DNA of 40,000 bases from Halococcus salifodinae. Lineage in GTDB: Archaea; Halobacteriota; Halobacteria; Halobacteriales; Halococcaceae. The stretch's first letter is position 1; each line of letters opens with the position of its first letter. The position numbers and the translations under genes were made by a program. Under the pieces are notes generated by a model. It did no database searches, was not told where the DNA came from, and saw only the letters and a program-made list of their open reading frames with translations. Where the stretch lies: NCBI RefSeq assembly GCF_052043865.1, contig NZ_JBQEMN010000005.1; one strand, written 5' to 3'. This document shows positions 17,555 to 25,160 of this stretch, piece by piece.

Positions 17555-18022
17555 CTATCGTGAGGGGTGCGTCCCCAGTTCGCTTGTCTCACGCACCTCA
17601 ACATCCACTTCATTAACCGATGCAGGTAATCGGTCTCGTAACCTGTTTTCGAGAATAATACCCATCACCTCAGCCGTGGGTGGATGGTCGAGAACGACAG
17701 TGGCATCGCTATCGCCGCTTTGTTCGAACGCGTCGATGAGTGGGTCACCACGTTCGAGCAGAAATCGGTGATCCCACTCCTCAACGATATCGGTCACAGT
17801 ACCTTTGTCGACGACCCACCCCTCTTCTCGGAGTGTTCCAGTAACCGTGACAGCAATTTTGTAGTTGTGTCCATGAGGGCGGCTACACTTTCCCTCGTGA
17901 TGGAGAATCCGATGTCCAGTGCTAATACGGATCGGACGGTCTCGTCCAATCGAAAGCACCCGTGATTCATCTGAGAGTGTTACGTCACGTAGTCCATCTT
18001 CCTTGGCTACACTCTGGGGCAT
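17555..18022 (-). CDS. queD: 6-carboxy-5,6,7,8-tetrahydropterin synthase QueD
   Basis: Track ORF with ATG 18022. Contains the CSRPHGHNY motif (CxxxHGH). Confidence 0.9.
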   Translation of the reverse strand: MPQSVAKEDGLRDVTLSDESRVLSIGRDRPIRISTGHRILHHEGKCSRPHGHNYKIAVTVTGTLREEGWVVDKGTVTDIVEEWDHRFLLERGDPLIDAFEQSGDSDATVVLDHPPTAEVMGIILENRLRDRLPASVNEVDVEVRETSELGTHPSR

Positions 18023-18044
18023 ACTGGGGTATGACTGGGAGAGG

Positions 18045-18052
18045 ATTTAAAA
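18045..18052 (-). promoter_or_regulatory. TATA-like box (TTTTAAAT on the minus strand) 23 nt upstream of the queD ATG
   Basis: Read directly from the sequence. The spacing fits an archaeal promoter producing a leaderless transcript. Confidence 0.3.
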
Positions 18053-18123
18053 CTAATCTTCAGGCTGGAAGTGCTACAGAGATAATTGATCACGCATTCT
18101 GTTGGCGGATGGAAAACATAAAC

Positions 18124-18300
18124 CTATTCTTCATTTTCGAGGCGACCATGTCGTTCGTCGATCTCATCCAGTATATCGAGAGTTTTTCGCATCGAGGCGC
18201 GGATTGCGTCGCTACGATTCACAAATTTACCATCGTCACCGATGTGTTCGTCAATATCGTTCATCAACTCCTCAGGGACCTCGACGCTGATTTTGGGCAT
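18124..18300 (-). CDS. Ribbon-helix-helix (CopG-like) protein, 58 aa
   Basis: Too short for the ORF track, so I translated it by hand: MPKISVEVPEELMNDIDEHIGDDGKFVNRSDAIRASMRKTLDILDEIDERHGRLENEE*. It follows the typical RHH pattern: a beta-strand, then two helices with SRSE/AIR-type residues. Confidence 0.7.
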   Translation of the reverse strand: MPKISVEVPEELMNDIDEHIGDDGKFVNRSDAIRASMRKTLDILDEIDERHGRLENEE

Positions 18301-18332
18301 ATTACAGTATTATCTCTCACCAACTTAGTTCC

Positions 18333-18364
18333 TCTTGTGATGACGAGTATTGTACCTCACAAGA
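18333..18364. promoter_or_regulatory. Inverted repeat TCTTGTGA-N16-TCACAAGA upstream of the RHH gene
   Basis: Read directly from the sequence. It lies 33-64 nt upstream of the RHH ATG (18300) and is a candidate autoregulatory operator. Confidence 0.3.
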
Positions 18365-18589
18365 TGACTGTTTAACATATGACCATTTTTGATTTCCGCG
18401 AAATTCAGTCATCAAAATACTAATACAACTGGCGGATTGCACCGTTCTTTCCCCCCAGTCGGCGACATACAACCGGCGTGACGGATTTTGTGCTTCAACA
18501 CTAAGTCAAAATACTGGCAGCACTAATAATTCAGATAATCAACTTATTTTAAAAGAGCAGTCAAGGGCGGTATTGTGGGGATACTAGAG

Positions 18590-18994
18590 TCACGTCTCGG
18601 GAGTGATTTCCCTACTTGCTTCCGCGAGAACATCCTGCATGAGCGCACTATGTGCAAGTTGGGTGGCAGCCATCTGAACTGGAGTATCCTCTGTGATCGT
18701 TTCTAAAATCCTCTTTGAAGGGGTTTGTTCGGAGAATCGAAGCACATCATAGGGGGTACGCTTGAGCTTAAGTGTTTCAATTTTATCATCGATTTCCAGT
18801 TCGGTTTCTGACTCTATGCGACTCTCTGGAGTATCTGCTAAATCGCCTGTATGATCAGCATCAGCGGCCTGACCACTTGCTGAACGGATAGCATTCTCCG
18901 CAAGGCGTGATACCCATGCGGCATATTCAGAATCATCTTTGAGGCTATCCGGGAATTCGTCCACCATAGGCTTGTGTACAGATTGGTCGGACAA
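18590..18994 (-). CDS. Hypothetical acidic protein (about 125-134 aa)
   Basis: Track ORF. The start at 18994 is a TTG, and the first ATG is at 18967. It lies in an AT-richer segment. No motifs found. Confidence 0.45.
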   Translation of the reverse strand: MSDQSVHKPMVDEFPDSLKDDSEYAAWVSRLAENAIRSASGQAADADHTGDLADTPESRIESETELEIDDKIETLKLKRTPYDVLRFSEQTPSKRILETITEDTPVQMAATQLAHSALMQDVLAEASREITPET

Positions 18995-19253
18995 AAACCG
19001 TTGGTTTTGGAGGTTTCGACCCCCGTTTTTCCCTCTAACTATCGCAACTGCTCGTCAGACAAAGCAGCAGAGGAGTAGATTCAAAGTATACGGTTGACAG
19101 TATCCAGAAGGAACTCCTTCCTGAGCCCCGGTTCAGAACCCTTGAACTTGATACGCTGAGCAGAGGGACCAGAACGTCGTCCACCCAGCTACCCTCACCC
19201 GCGCGTCAGCCGACAGCTGTAATACCGCACCGAGGCCAGTATCCGAGTGAATC

Positions 19254-19529
19254 GTGAATCGCTCCCCGTCTGATCGAACTCTCAACGATCTCGCTGACGC
19301 CGTCGCCGACGAGTTCGAGGCCTACCGTCACTCGAACGGCTTCAACGAACTCTCGCTCGTCATCGACAACAGCGACCGGGAACGCTCAACCCTGGTCGTT
19401 CATATCGATCGAGAGCAAGCAGCCGAGCTCGCCGACCGCGTCGAAGCGTTCCTCCGCGATCACGGCGCACAGACCCAGCGTGAGCGCCACGCCGACACCG
19501 ATATCCGCGTTCTCGCCACCCTCGAATAG
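19254..19529 (+). CDS. Hypothetical small protein (91 aa)
   Basis: Track ORF with a GTG start. The composition is acidic. There is no homology evidence. Confidence 0.4.
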   Translation: MNRSPSDRTLNDLADAVADEFEAYRHSNGFNELSLVIDNSDRERSTLVVHIDREQAAELADRVEAFLRDHGAQTQRERHADTDIRVLATLE

Positions 19530-19717
19530 CGACTCACGGGCTATTCTTCCAAGTCAGAAGCAATCAGCAGTGAATAGAACCGGGCGCGAGCGTCTCTCGT
19601 ATCTTCACCTTGTCGCCAGAACCACTTGAATGACCAGCGGCCAGATGGCAGAACCCTGCCCAGCGATACCAGGGTACTGAAGAGGTCTCCCGGCCATTCG
19701 CACGGCACGGAGAATCG

Positions 19718-20458
19718 ATGTACAACTTCGGGCTGTATCACTGGCGGCGACGGCTGCGAACCATCCTGACCGCACTCGCTGTGATCCTTCCCGCCGGGGT
19801 ATGCCAGCGAACGAGTGAATCGCGGTGGATCCGTCTGGTCGCCACGGCGGCGATGTTCGGTGGGGCAGTCCATGGAGCGACGGCAGTGCGTCGGCTGCTG
19901 TCCCCACCTCCGTGGGCTCTCGACCGGGAACCATACGCCGCGCTTGCATCCGCGCTACCGTTCGCGGGGGCCGACCATGCGCTCGACATCGGGTGTGGCA
20001 CCGGACGGTCGCTCGTCGGTCTCGCTCCCAGCGTGCCCGACTCGTGTACGTTGCTGGGGCTCGACGTGTTCGACGATCGCATCATCCTCGGGAACGGCGC
20101 GGCACTCGCGCGGCGCAACGGCCGCGCGGCGGGCGTCGACATTGCGCCCATCGTCGGCGGCGCATCTCGGCTTCCCGTGGCAACTGGCTCGCAGGACGTG
20201 GTGACTGCGTGTCGAGTGCTCCACGACCTTCCAGCGGCGGAGGTCGATCCGGCACTCCGCGAGGCCCATCACGTCTGTGCACCCGAGGGCACGCTCGGCG
20301 TACTCGAACTCCCGATCGTTCCCGGGGACACGACCGCAACCCCTGAGGAGTACTGGCCCGACCGCATCACTCAGGCGGGCTTCACCGTCACAAGGGTCGA
20401 ACGAGTGGGGCGGGAGGGCCGCGCCGAGCCATACATCCTCGTCGGCGCTACGCCCTAA
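19718..20458 (+). CDS. Class I SAM-dependent methyltransferase with a hydrophobic N-terminal region
   Basis: Track ORF with an ATG start. Motif I is ALDIGCGTGRSLVGL, followed by LGLDVFD. The N-terminus (LRTILTALAVILPAGV, LVATAAMFGGAV) looks membrane-associated. Confidence 0.75.
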   Translation: MYNFGLYHWRRRLRTILTALAVILPAGVCQRTSESRWIRLVATAAMFGGAVHGATAVRRLLSPPPWALDREPYAALASALPFAGADHALDIGCGTGRSLVGLAPSVPDSCTLLGLDVFDDRIILGNGAALARRNGRAAGVDIAPIVGGASRLPVATGSQDVVTACRVLHDLPAAEVDPALREAHHVCAPEGTLGVLELPIVPGDTTATPEEYWPDRITQAGFTVTRVERVGREGRAEPYILVGATP

Positions 20459-20594
20459 TGGTGGCTTCTGGGATTATGGCGACGTCGGCGAGGCGCGTCA
20501 ATCACCAATATTCGATGTGTCCGTTGCGATCGATCGGTGCGACGCCCTTTCGTCGACGCGTTCGATCGCACCACCCATTTCAATTATCGACTAG

Positions 20595-20646
20595 GTTCGT
20601 TGGTGTCCGCACCCACGAACTTAATACGTTGGCGTCCGCACCAACG
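20595..20646. promoter_or_regulatory. Two related imperfect palindromes flanking a TTAATA box upstream of the toxin-antitoxin pair
   Basis: GTTCGTTGGTGTCCGCACCCACGAAC is at 20595-20620, TTAATA at 20621-20626, and CGTTGGCGTCCGCACCAACG at 20627-20646. The ATG is at 20654. Confidence 0.35.
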
Positions 20647-20653
20647 ATAGAGG

Positions 20654-21028
20654 ATGGCCGATGATGAGAGCCCCGAGGTGGTCTATGAGAAACGGAAGGT
20701 GGTGCGAGCGGACGTACTCGTCCGATACAAGTTCATCTACCCTGCCGCTGTCGGACGATACCCGCCTGGGGCGTGTTGCGCGCTCCACTTCGGAGTCGCT
20801 GATCCGGCCGATCCGCCCGACGACACCGAGTGGCCGATCGGCCCGGAACAGGGCACGATGCTGCGCTACGACAACGACCACGGCGACGGAACCCATCATC
20901 GTCACATCGGCGGCGATCTCGACTCCGAGTACGAGTTTCCAGGGACAGTCGCAGCGGTTTGCGACCGATTCTTTCGAGAAACAGGAATCGAGCCGTTCGG
21001 CTCATCACCGGAGGACTACGACATATGA
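20654..21028 (+). CDS. TumE-like (DUF6516-type) putative toxin
   Basis: Track ORF. The motif LRYDNDHGDGTHHRHIGG resembles the DUF6516 signature. Its stop overlaps the next ATG (ATGA). Confidence 0.55.
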   Translation: MADDESPEVVYEKRKVVRADVLVRYKFIYPAAVGRYPPGACCALHFGVADPADPPDDTEWPIGPEQGTMLRYDNDHGDGTHHRHIGGDLDSEYEFPGTVAAVCDRFFRETGIEPFGSSPEDYDI

Positions 21029-21477
21029 CTGAGAACGACACCGAGAACGGACGTGAACAGGAGAGTGCGGAGCACGCTGGGTCGTATCCCGATTCCGTGC
21101 CCGACGAGTGGGCGCGGACGCTGCGTGTCACCGTTGAGTCCGAGGAGCAAAGCGACGAGAGTAGCACCGACTATCCGACGCTTTCGTTCCCGGATGTGGA
21201 CACCGCGGCAGCGGTGTTCACCGACTCGACGCTCGCGCTCTTGCGCGCGTTGAATGTCCATGAACCGGCGAGCATTCGGGAAGCAGCACGGCTGGTCGAC
21301 CGGGACAAGAAAAACGTCCATGACCAGCTCCGAAAGCTCGCTGCCCACGGTATCGTCGAGTTCGTCGAAGAGGGGAACGCTAAACGGCCGATCGTCGCCT
21401 ACGATGAGATCGTCTTCGACTTCGCCGTTTCACTCGATTCTGAGATGGACCACACTGACGAACCTGCTGCCGCATAG
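21025..21477 (+). CDS. HTH DNA-binding protein (HVO_A0114 / COG4190-like), putative antitoxin
   Basis: Track ORF 20830..21477 trimmed to ATG 21025. The sequence TLRVTVES...LSFPD...LALLRAL..EPASIREAARLVDRDKKNVHDQLRKLAAHGIVEFVEEGNAKRPIVAYDEI matches this family pattern. Confidence 0.7.
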   Translation: MTENDTENGREQESAEHAGSYPDSVPDEWARTLRVTVESEEQSDESSTDYPTLSFPDVDTAAAVFTDSTLALLRALNVHEPASIREAARLVDRDKKNVHDQLRKLAAHGIVEFVEEGNAKRPIVAYDEIVFDFAVSLDSEMDHTDEPAAA

Positions 21478-21494
21478 TTCCACGTCCGCTGTCT

Positions 21495-22232
21495 TCAATC
21501 AGTCGTGTTTGTGAGCACTTGGTCAACGCGACCATCATCGGCCTCGGCGTCGAGATACCACGCGCGGCGATCCTCGTTCTTGTCGATACTCATGATGGTT
21601 GATCGACCGATGTTCGGCGTATCGGCTGCGACCGATCGGTAGGATTCGCCGTCGTCGACGCGCTCGATCGCGCTGCGCATCTCCAGGTAGCTGATCTCGC
21701 CGGCGTCTCGGTCAGCCTCGTGAATCAGTTGGAGGTAGCCGTCGTCGTCGCGGCGAAAGCCCTTCGGGACTCTGCCGAGCCACTTGCCCTCGCGTTGCGC
21801 GCGCGAGACGCCCGATTCGATCCGTTTGGTGAGCCGGCGTCGTTCCTCCTCGGCGACCGCTGCGGAGATGTCGGCGATGAGCTTTCCCGTCCCATCAGGG
21901 CGGACCTCCTCGACCCATCCGTCGGTGATCGCGACCGTGGTTCCAGCGTCCTCGCAGTGCTCGAAGAAGCGCTGGTAGATGCTACCGAGTCGTGCAAGCC
22001 GGGAGATCTCCCATACGACCACATACTCGTAGCTCTCGGATTGGATCGCGTCGACGAGTTCGGTGAACTGTTCGCGACCGGGATCGGCTCCCGACTGGGC
22101 GAGGTCGACGTACCGGTCGATCTCCGACGAATCAACCTCATGCTGCGATAGCCACTCGTCGATCGCATCGCGCTGGTGAGAGGTTTCCTGATCGTCGGTC
22201 GAGGCGCGAATGTAGGTGGCGTAGCGGGCCAT
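21495..22232 (-). CDS. Small serine recombinase (resolvase/invertase type, 245 aa)
   Basis: Track ORF 21495..22394 trimmed to ATG 22232 (MARYATYIRASTDDQETSHQRDAI...). It carries the catalytic Ser motif YIRASTDDQ and has a C-terminal HTH-like region. Confidence 0.85.
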   Translation of the reverse strand: MARYATYIRASTDDQETSHQRDAIDEWLSQHEVDSSEIDRYVDLAQSGADPGREQFTELVDAIQSESYEYVVVWEISRLARLGSIYQRFFEHCEDAGTTVAITDGWVEEVRPDGTGKLIADISAAVAEEERRRLTKRIESGVSRAQREGKWLGRVPKGFRRDDDGYLQLIHEADRDAGEISYLEMRSAIERVDDGESYRSVAADTPNIGRSTIMSIDKNEDRRAWYLDAEADDGRVDQVLTNTTD

Positions 22233-22247
22233 TCTGAGGGCGTCTTT

Positions 22248-22332
22248 CTGACAGGGTGGATTGTATATAAAGAACGGGGGTTGCTGACAGTCTGTCAGTA
22301 GCCATGTGGTTATTGACAGGGGGGGGGGGGGG
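22248..22332. repeat. Cluster of TGACAG motifs (including the palindrome CTGACAG-T-CTGTCAG) around the recombinase TATA box, plus a G14 homopolymer
   Basis: CTGACAG at 22248-22254. TATATAAA at 22264-22271, which reads TTTATATA on the gene strand. CTGACAGTCTGTCAG at 22284-22298. TTGACAG at 22313-22319. A run of 14 G at 22319-22332. Confidence 0.5.
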
Positions 22333-22403
22333 TTGAGAAAGGGCTGGTTCCGATCCGACAATCGGTCCACACTATCATCGGCTGTGGCTGCCACACCAAA
22401 TGG

Positions 22404-23801
22404 TCAAGCAGGCCCGAAGCCGTGAAACCCGTCATGAGCGCTTACATAGACGGCTCCAGCGACTGGCGTGACATGATGGATGTCCTGACCGATGGTGTCC
22501 TGAATCTGTACCTCTTCGGTCGTATGCGACCAGAGTTGGCCGCCGGACACATCCAGCGCGACGAGCGTGCCTCCATCGGTTGTGTAGAGAACCTCACCGA
22601 CGCGGGCGACGGGCGAGCCGCTTCCGCCGATCATTCTCGATCGCTGGCCGCTGGCCGCATCGAGAGCTACCACGCCGTTTTCCCCTTCTGCGTAGACGAT
22701 GTCGTCCGCGATAACGGGCGACCCATAACCTAGGTCCGGAAAGCTCTCGCGCCATTGCACGGAGCCATCGGCCGCGTCGACGGCGACCAGTTGGTCGTCC
22801 TCGCTGCGCCCGTGGGTGACGATATAGATGCTCCCGTTTGCAACCGCGGGTACCGTTCGTTCTCCTCCGACATCCGCAACGAAGTACAGCTGTTCACCGC
22901 TGGTGGCATCGACAGCATGGAGGCCCGCGCTGCTGGCGATGAACACGCGACCGGTTTCGACGGCTGGTGTCGTGTACGACCTGTTCCCCGTGTCGTACCG
23001 CCACTGCTCGTTACCTGTCGCAGCATCGAACGCTCGCAACTGCGGCGCGGTTGCCTCGAATCCGCCGCTGTTGACGAACACGGTCCCGTCGGACACTGCC
23101 GGTGGGGCCTGGATACCGTCCATTTCGGGGCCACGCCACACGACGGTGTTGCGGTCCGTGGCGAGGCAGAACGCCTCAATGAACGTCGTGACGAAAACAC
23201 GGTCGCCGGCGACGGTCGGTGGTGGATTCACCCCATAGTCGACGAGTCGAGTTCGGGAGCGAACCTCGGCGGTCGCCGGATCGCGCCGTGTGAGCGTCCG
23301 ATAGTCCTCGCCGTTGGTGACGGCGAAGAGCGTCTCGTCGGTGAGAGTGGCCGCGCCGGTGGGAGCGAGTCGCCAATACTGCTCTCCCTGCTTGAGCCCC
23401 GTTCCTTCGGGGTTGTATCCCGAGTTCGCCGCATCGAACCGAAAGGTCGGCCACACACCATTAGGGTCAAGTGCTGGCGATCCGGGCGGTGTCCGGGTTT
23501 CACGCTCGTCCGGTCCGGAGAGCAGCCCGTGCGTTGTGGATTCCGGTTCAGAAACTGTCGTTTGACTTGAGGGACCATTCGGTGTATGGGTTTTCGTCTC
23601 CGATGGAGAGGTTGCCGAGCGATCCGAGATTCTGGTCGACGTCTCGACTGGTGTGGTCGCCCTGTCGGTGGGTTCGGAGGTCGCCGCTGTCGTCGCTGAA
23701 TTGTTATCTGACGTCCCGTTTCCCCCAGTTGAAGCGTCTGAGAGGCAGCCAGCGATGGCCGATCCAGCAGCGAGGGCGATGAGGAACCGCCGACGGTTCA
23801 T
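22404..23801 (-). CDS. Secreted PQQ-like beta-propeller repeat lipoprotein
   Basis: Track ORF. MNRRRFLIALAAGSAIAGC is a Tat signal followed by a lipobox. There is a Thr/Ser-rich linker, then repeated propeller blades of the G..V..G.LYA.DA.TG...W type. Confidence 0.8.
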   Translation of the reverse strand: MNRRRFLIALAAGSAIAGCLSDASTGGNGTSDNNSATTAATSEPTDRATTPVETSTRISDRSATSPSETKTHTPNGPSSQTTVSEPESTTHGLLSGPDERETRTPPGSPALDPNGVWPTFRFDAANSGYNPEGTGLKQGEQYWRLAPTGAATLTDETLFAVTNGEDYRTLTRRDPATAEVRSRTRLVDYGVNPPPTVAGDRVFVTTFIEAFCLATDRNTVVWRGPEMDGIQAPPAVSDGTVFVNSGGFEATAPQLRAFDAATGNEQWRYDTGNRSYTTPAVETGRVFIASSAGLHAVDATSGEQLYFVADVGGERTVPAVANGSIYIVTHGRSEDDQLVAVDAADGSVQWRESFPDLGYGSPVIADDIVYAEGENGVVALDAASGQRSRMIGGSGSPVARVGEVLYTTDGGTLVALDVSGGQLWSHTTEEVQIQDTIGQDIHHVTPVAGAVYVSAHDGFHGFGPA

Positions 23802-24142
23802 GCGTGTTCGTTTGTTGCACTACTGCAAAAAGTGCTCGTAAGGCTAAACGTGCATTTGGTTCACAGACGGCAGCTAGATGGCTGATTTTCATTCGTCTAC
23901 TCGACGCGCTTCGACACACGCTGTCCCCGCCACGGCGCAGGTAGGATACGTATGAAGCCGCTCCCCCTCGATCAGCCGTCGATCTCGACACCAGTGAAGA
24001 CGCGATGCTCAACGGTGACATTCGCGGTCGAGAGGAGTTCGGCGAGATCGCGACGCGCAACCCCGTGCGGTCACGTCGGAACCGGAATTCAGTGACCTAC
24101 CTCCAGAAAGCATTTATCATATTCGCAGTGACGAGAAGATAC

Positions 24143-25078
24143 ATGTCGTCCACCTCATCTCTCAGCGCGTGGTTCTTTCTAATTCTCCTTATACTTACCG
24201 TGGGTGCAATCCCAGCCACCCAGATCAGCACCGCAGCGGAGAACAACGCGACCACGAACACCTCCGCAGCGAATCAAACGATACAACAGAACGGAAGCTC
24301 GATCCAATTCGGTGATCAGCAGTCCGATGGAACGACTGTCATCGTAAAGTCAGCGACACTCCCCGAAGGTGGGTTCATCGTTATTCATGAAGCGATATCG
24401 AACACCGCAACACCTTCCAGTTCTAGCTCCAATCCCTCGCCTCCGACTTCAGAGACGATGATCGAACGCCGCTCGCCCACGACTACCGTCGGCAGTCCGC
24501 GAACGCCAGAGCAGCTCACTCCCCAACCGGTCGATGTAGCGAGTATCATTGGTGTCTCAGAGTACCTCGATCCCGGCACCCATCGAAATGTGACCGTTGA
24601 CTTGTTCAACGTGTCCGGAAAAGAGTTTGACCGCTCCCAACTGACCGAGAGCCAAGATGTTGCAAGTGCGGAACTTCACCGCGACACGAACAACAACAAC
24701 CGATTTGACTTTCTCACCTCGAATCGATCCACGGATACACCATACTATGTTCCATATCTGATGAGTGGAGACAGGGTGATCCAGAAAGGACCCATTATCG
24801 ATAACGCAGTCATCGCAATCGGCGAAGACGTACGGGAAGCCCAGGGTCTCGGTCCGACACCCCGTGGAACGGCTGTGGCTGCAGGAGGAGCGGATGGATC
24901 GAACGGATCGGCACCGGTTGGATCGAACGGATCGACATCGGTTCAGACACGGGCAGATACTGGCGTTTCCACAGGCTCAGCGACCAGTGAAAGAACCAGG
25001 GGAAGCGGACCCGGCTTCGGCGTTCTCATTGCAATCGTTGCTATCCTGAGCACCCTCATTCTCACACAGCGTGTATAG
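24143..25078 (+). CDS. Secreted PGF-CTERM-anchored protein
   Basis: Track ORF 24005..25078 trimmed to ATG 24143, where a signal peptide or TM segment begins (MSSTSSLSAWFFLILLILTV). TTTATCAT lies 23 nt upstream. The C-terminus GSGPGFGVLIAIVAILSTLIL is a PGF-CTERM sorting signal. Confidence 0.8.
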   Translation: MSSTSSLSAWFFLILLILTVGAIPATQISTAAENNATTNTSAANQTIQQNGSSIQFGDQQSDGTTVIVKSATLPEGGFIVIHEAISNTATPSSSSSNPSPPTSETMIERRSPTTTVGSPRTPEQLTPQPVDVASIIGVSEYLDPGTHRNVTVDLFNVSGKEFDRSQLTESQDVASAELHRDTNNNNRFDFLTSNRSTDTPYYVPYLMSGDRVIQKGPIIDNAVIAIGEDVREAQGLGPTPRGTAVAAGGADGSNGSAPVGSNGSTSVQTRADTGVSTGSATSERTRGSGPGFGVLIAIVAILSTLILTQRV

Positions 25079-25160
25079 GTAACCCCAGATTCTTTTCCCG
25101 TGTCAGTCGATAAGAGGGCACTATCAGCCGTAATGAACCCGAAACACTACGAGCCCCCGG

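Noticed and set aside
19094-19100. A TTGACAG copy at the left edge of the recombinase cassette, considered as a partner recombination site
   Set aside because: A 7-mer is expected by chance several times in 40 kb when both strands are counted, and the surrounding sequence does not match the 22.3-kb site.
19126-19141. The sequence CCCCGGTTCAGAACCC, which resembles a tRNA T-arm and could be a tRNA fragment or att site
   Set aside because: There is no adjacent acceptor or anticodon stem, and the loop deviates from GTTCGAATC/GTTCAAATC. The evidence is insufficient.
19738-20346. Several Arg-rich ORFs overlapping the methyltransferase gene (for example 19825..20346 +, 19738..20151 -)
   Set aside because: Only the 19718..20458 frame carries a recognisable SAM-binding motif. 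The others are GC-driven open frames.
23802-24142. A 340-bp spacer between the divergent secreted-protein genes, considered as a gene remnant or pseudogene
   Set aside because: Only short frames without motifs are present. A divergent promoter region is a sufficient explanation.
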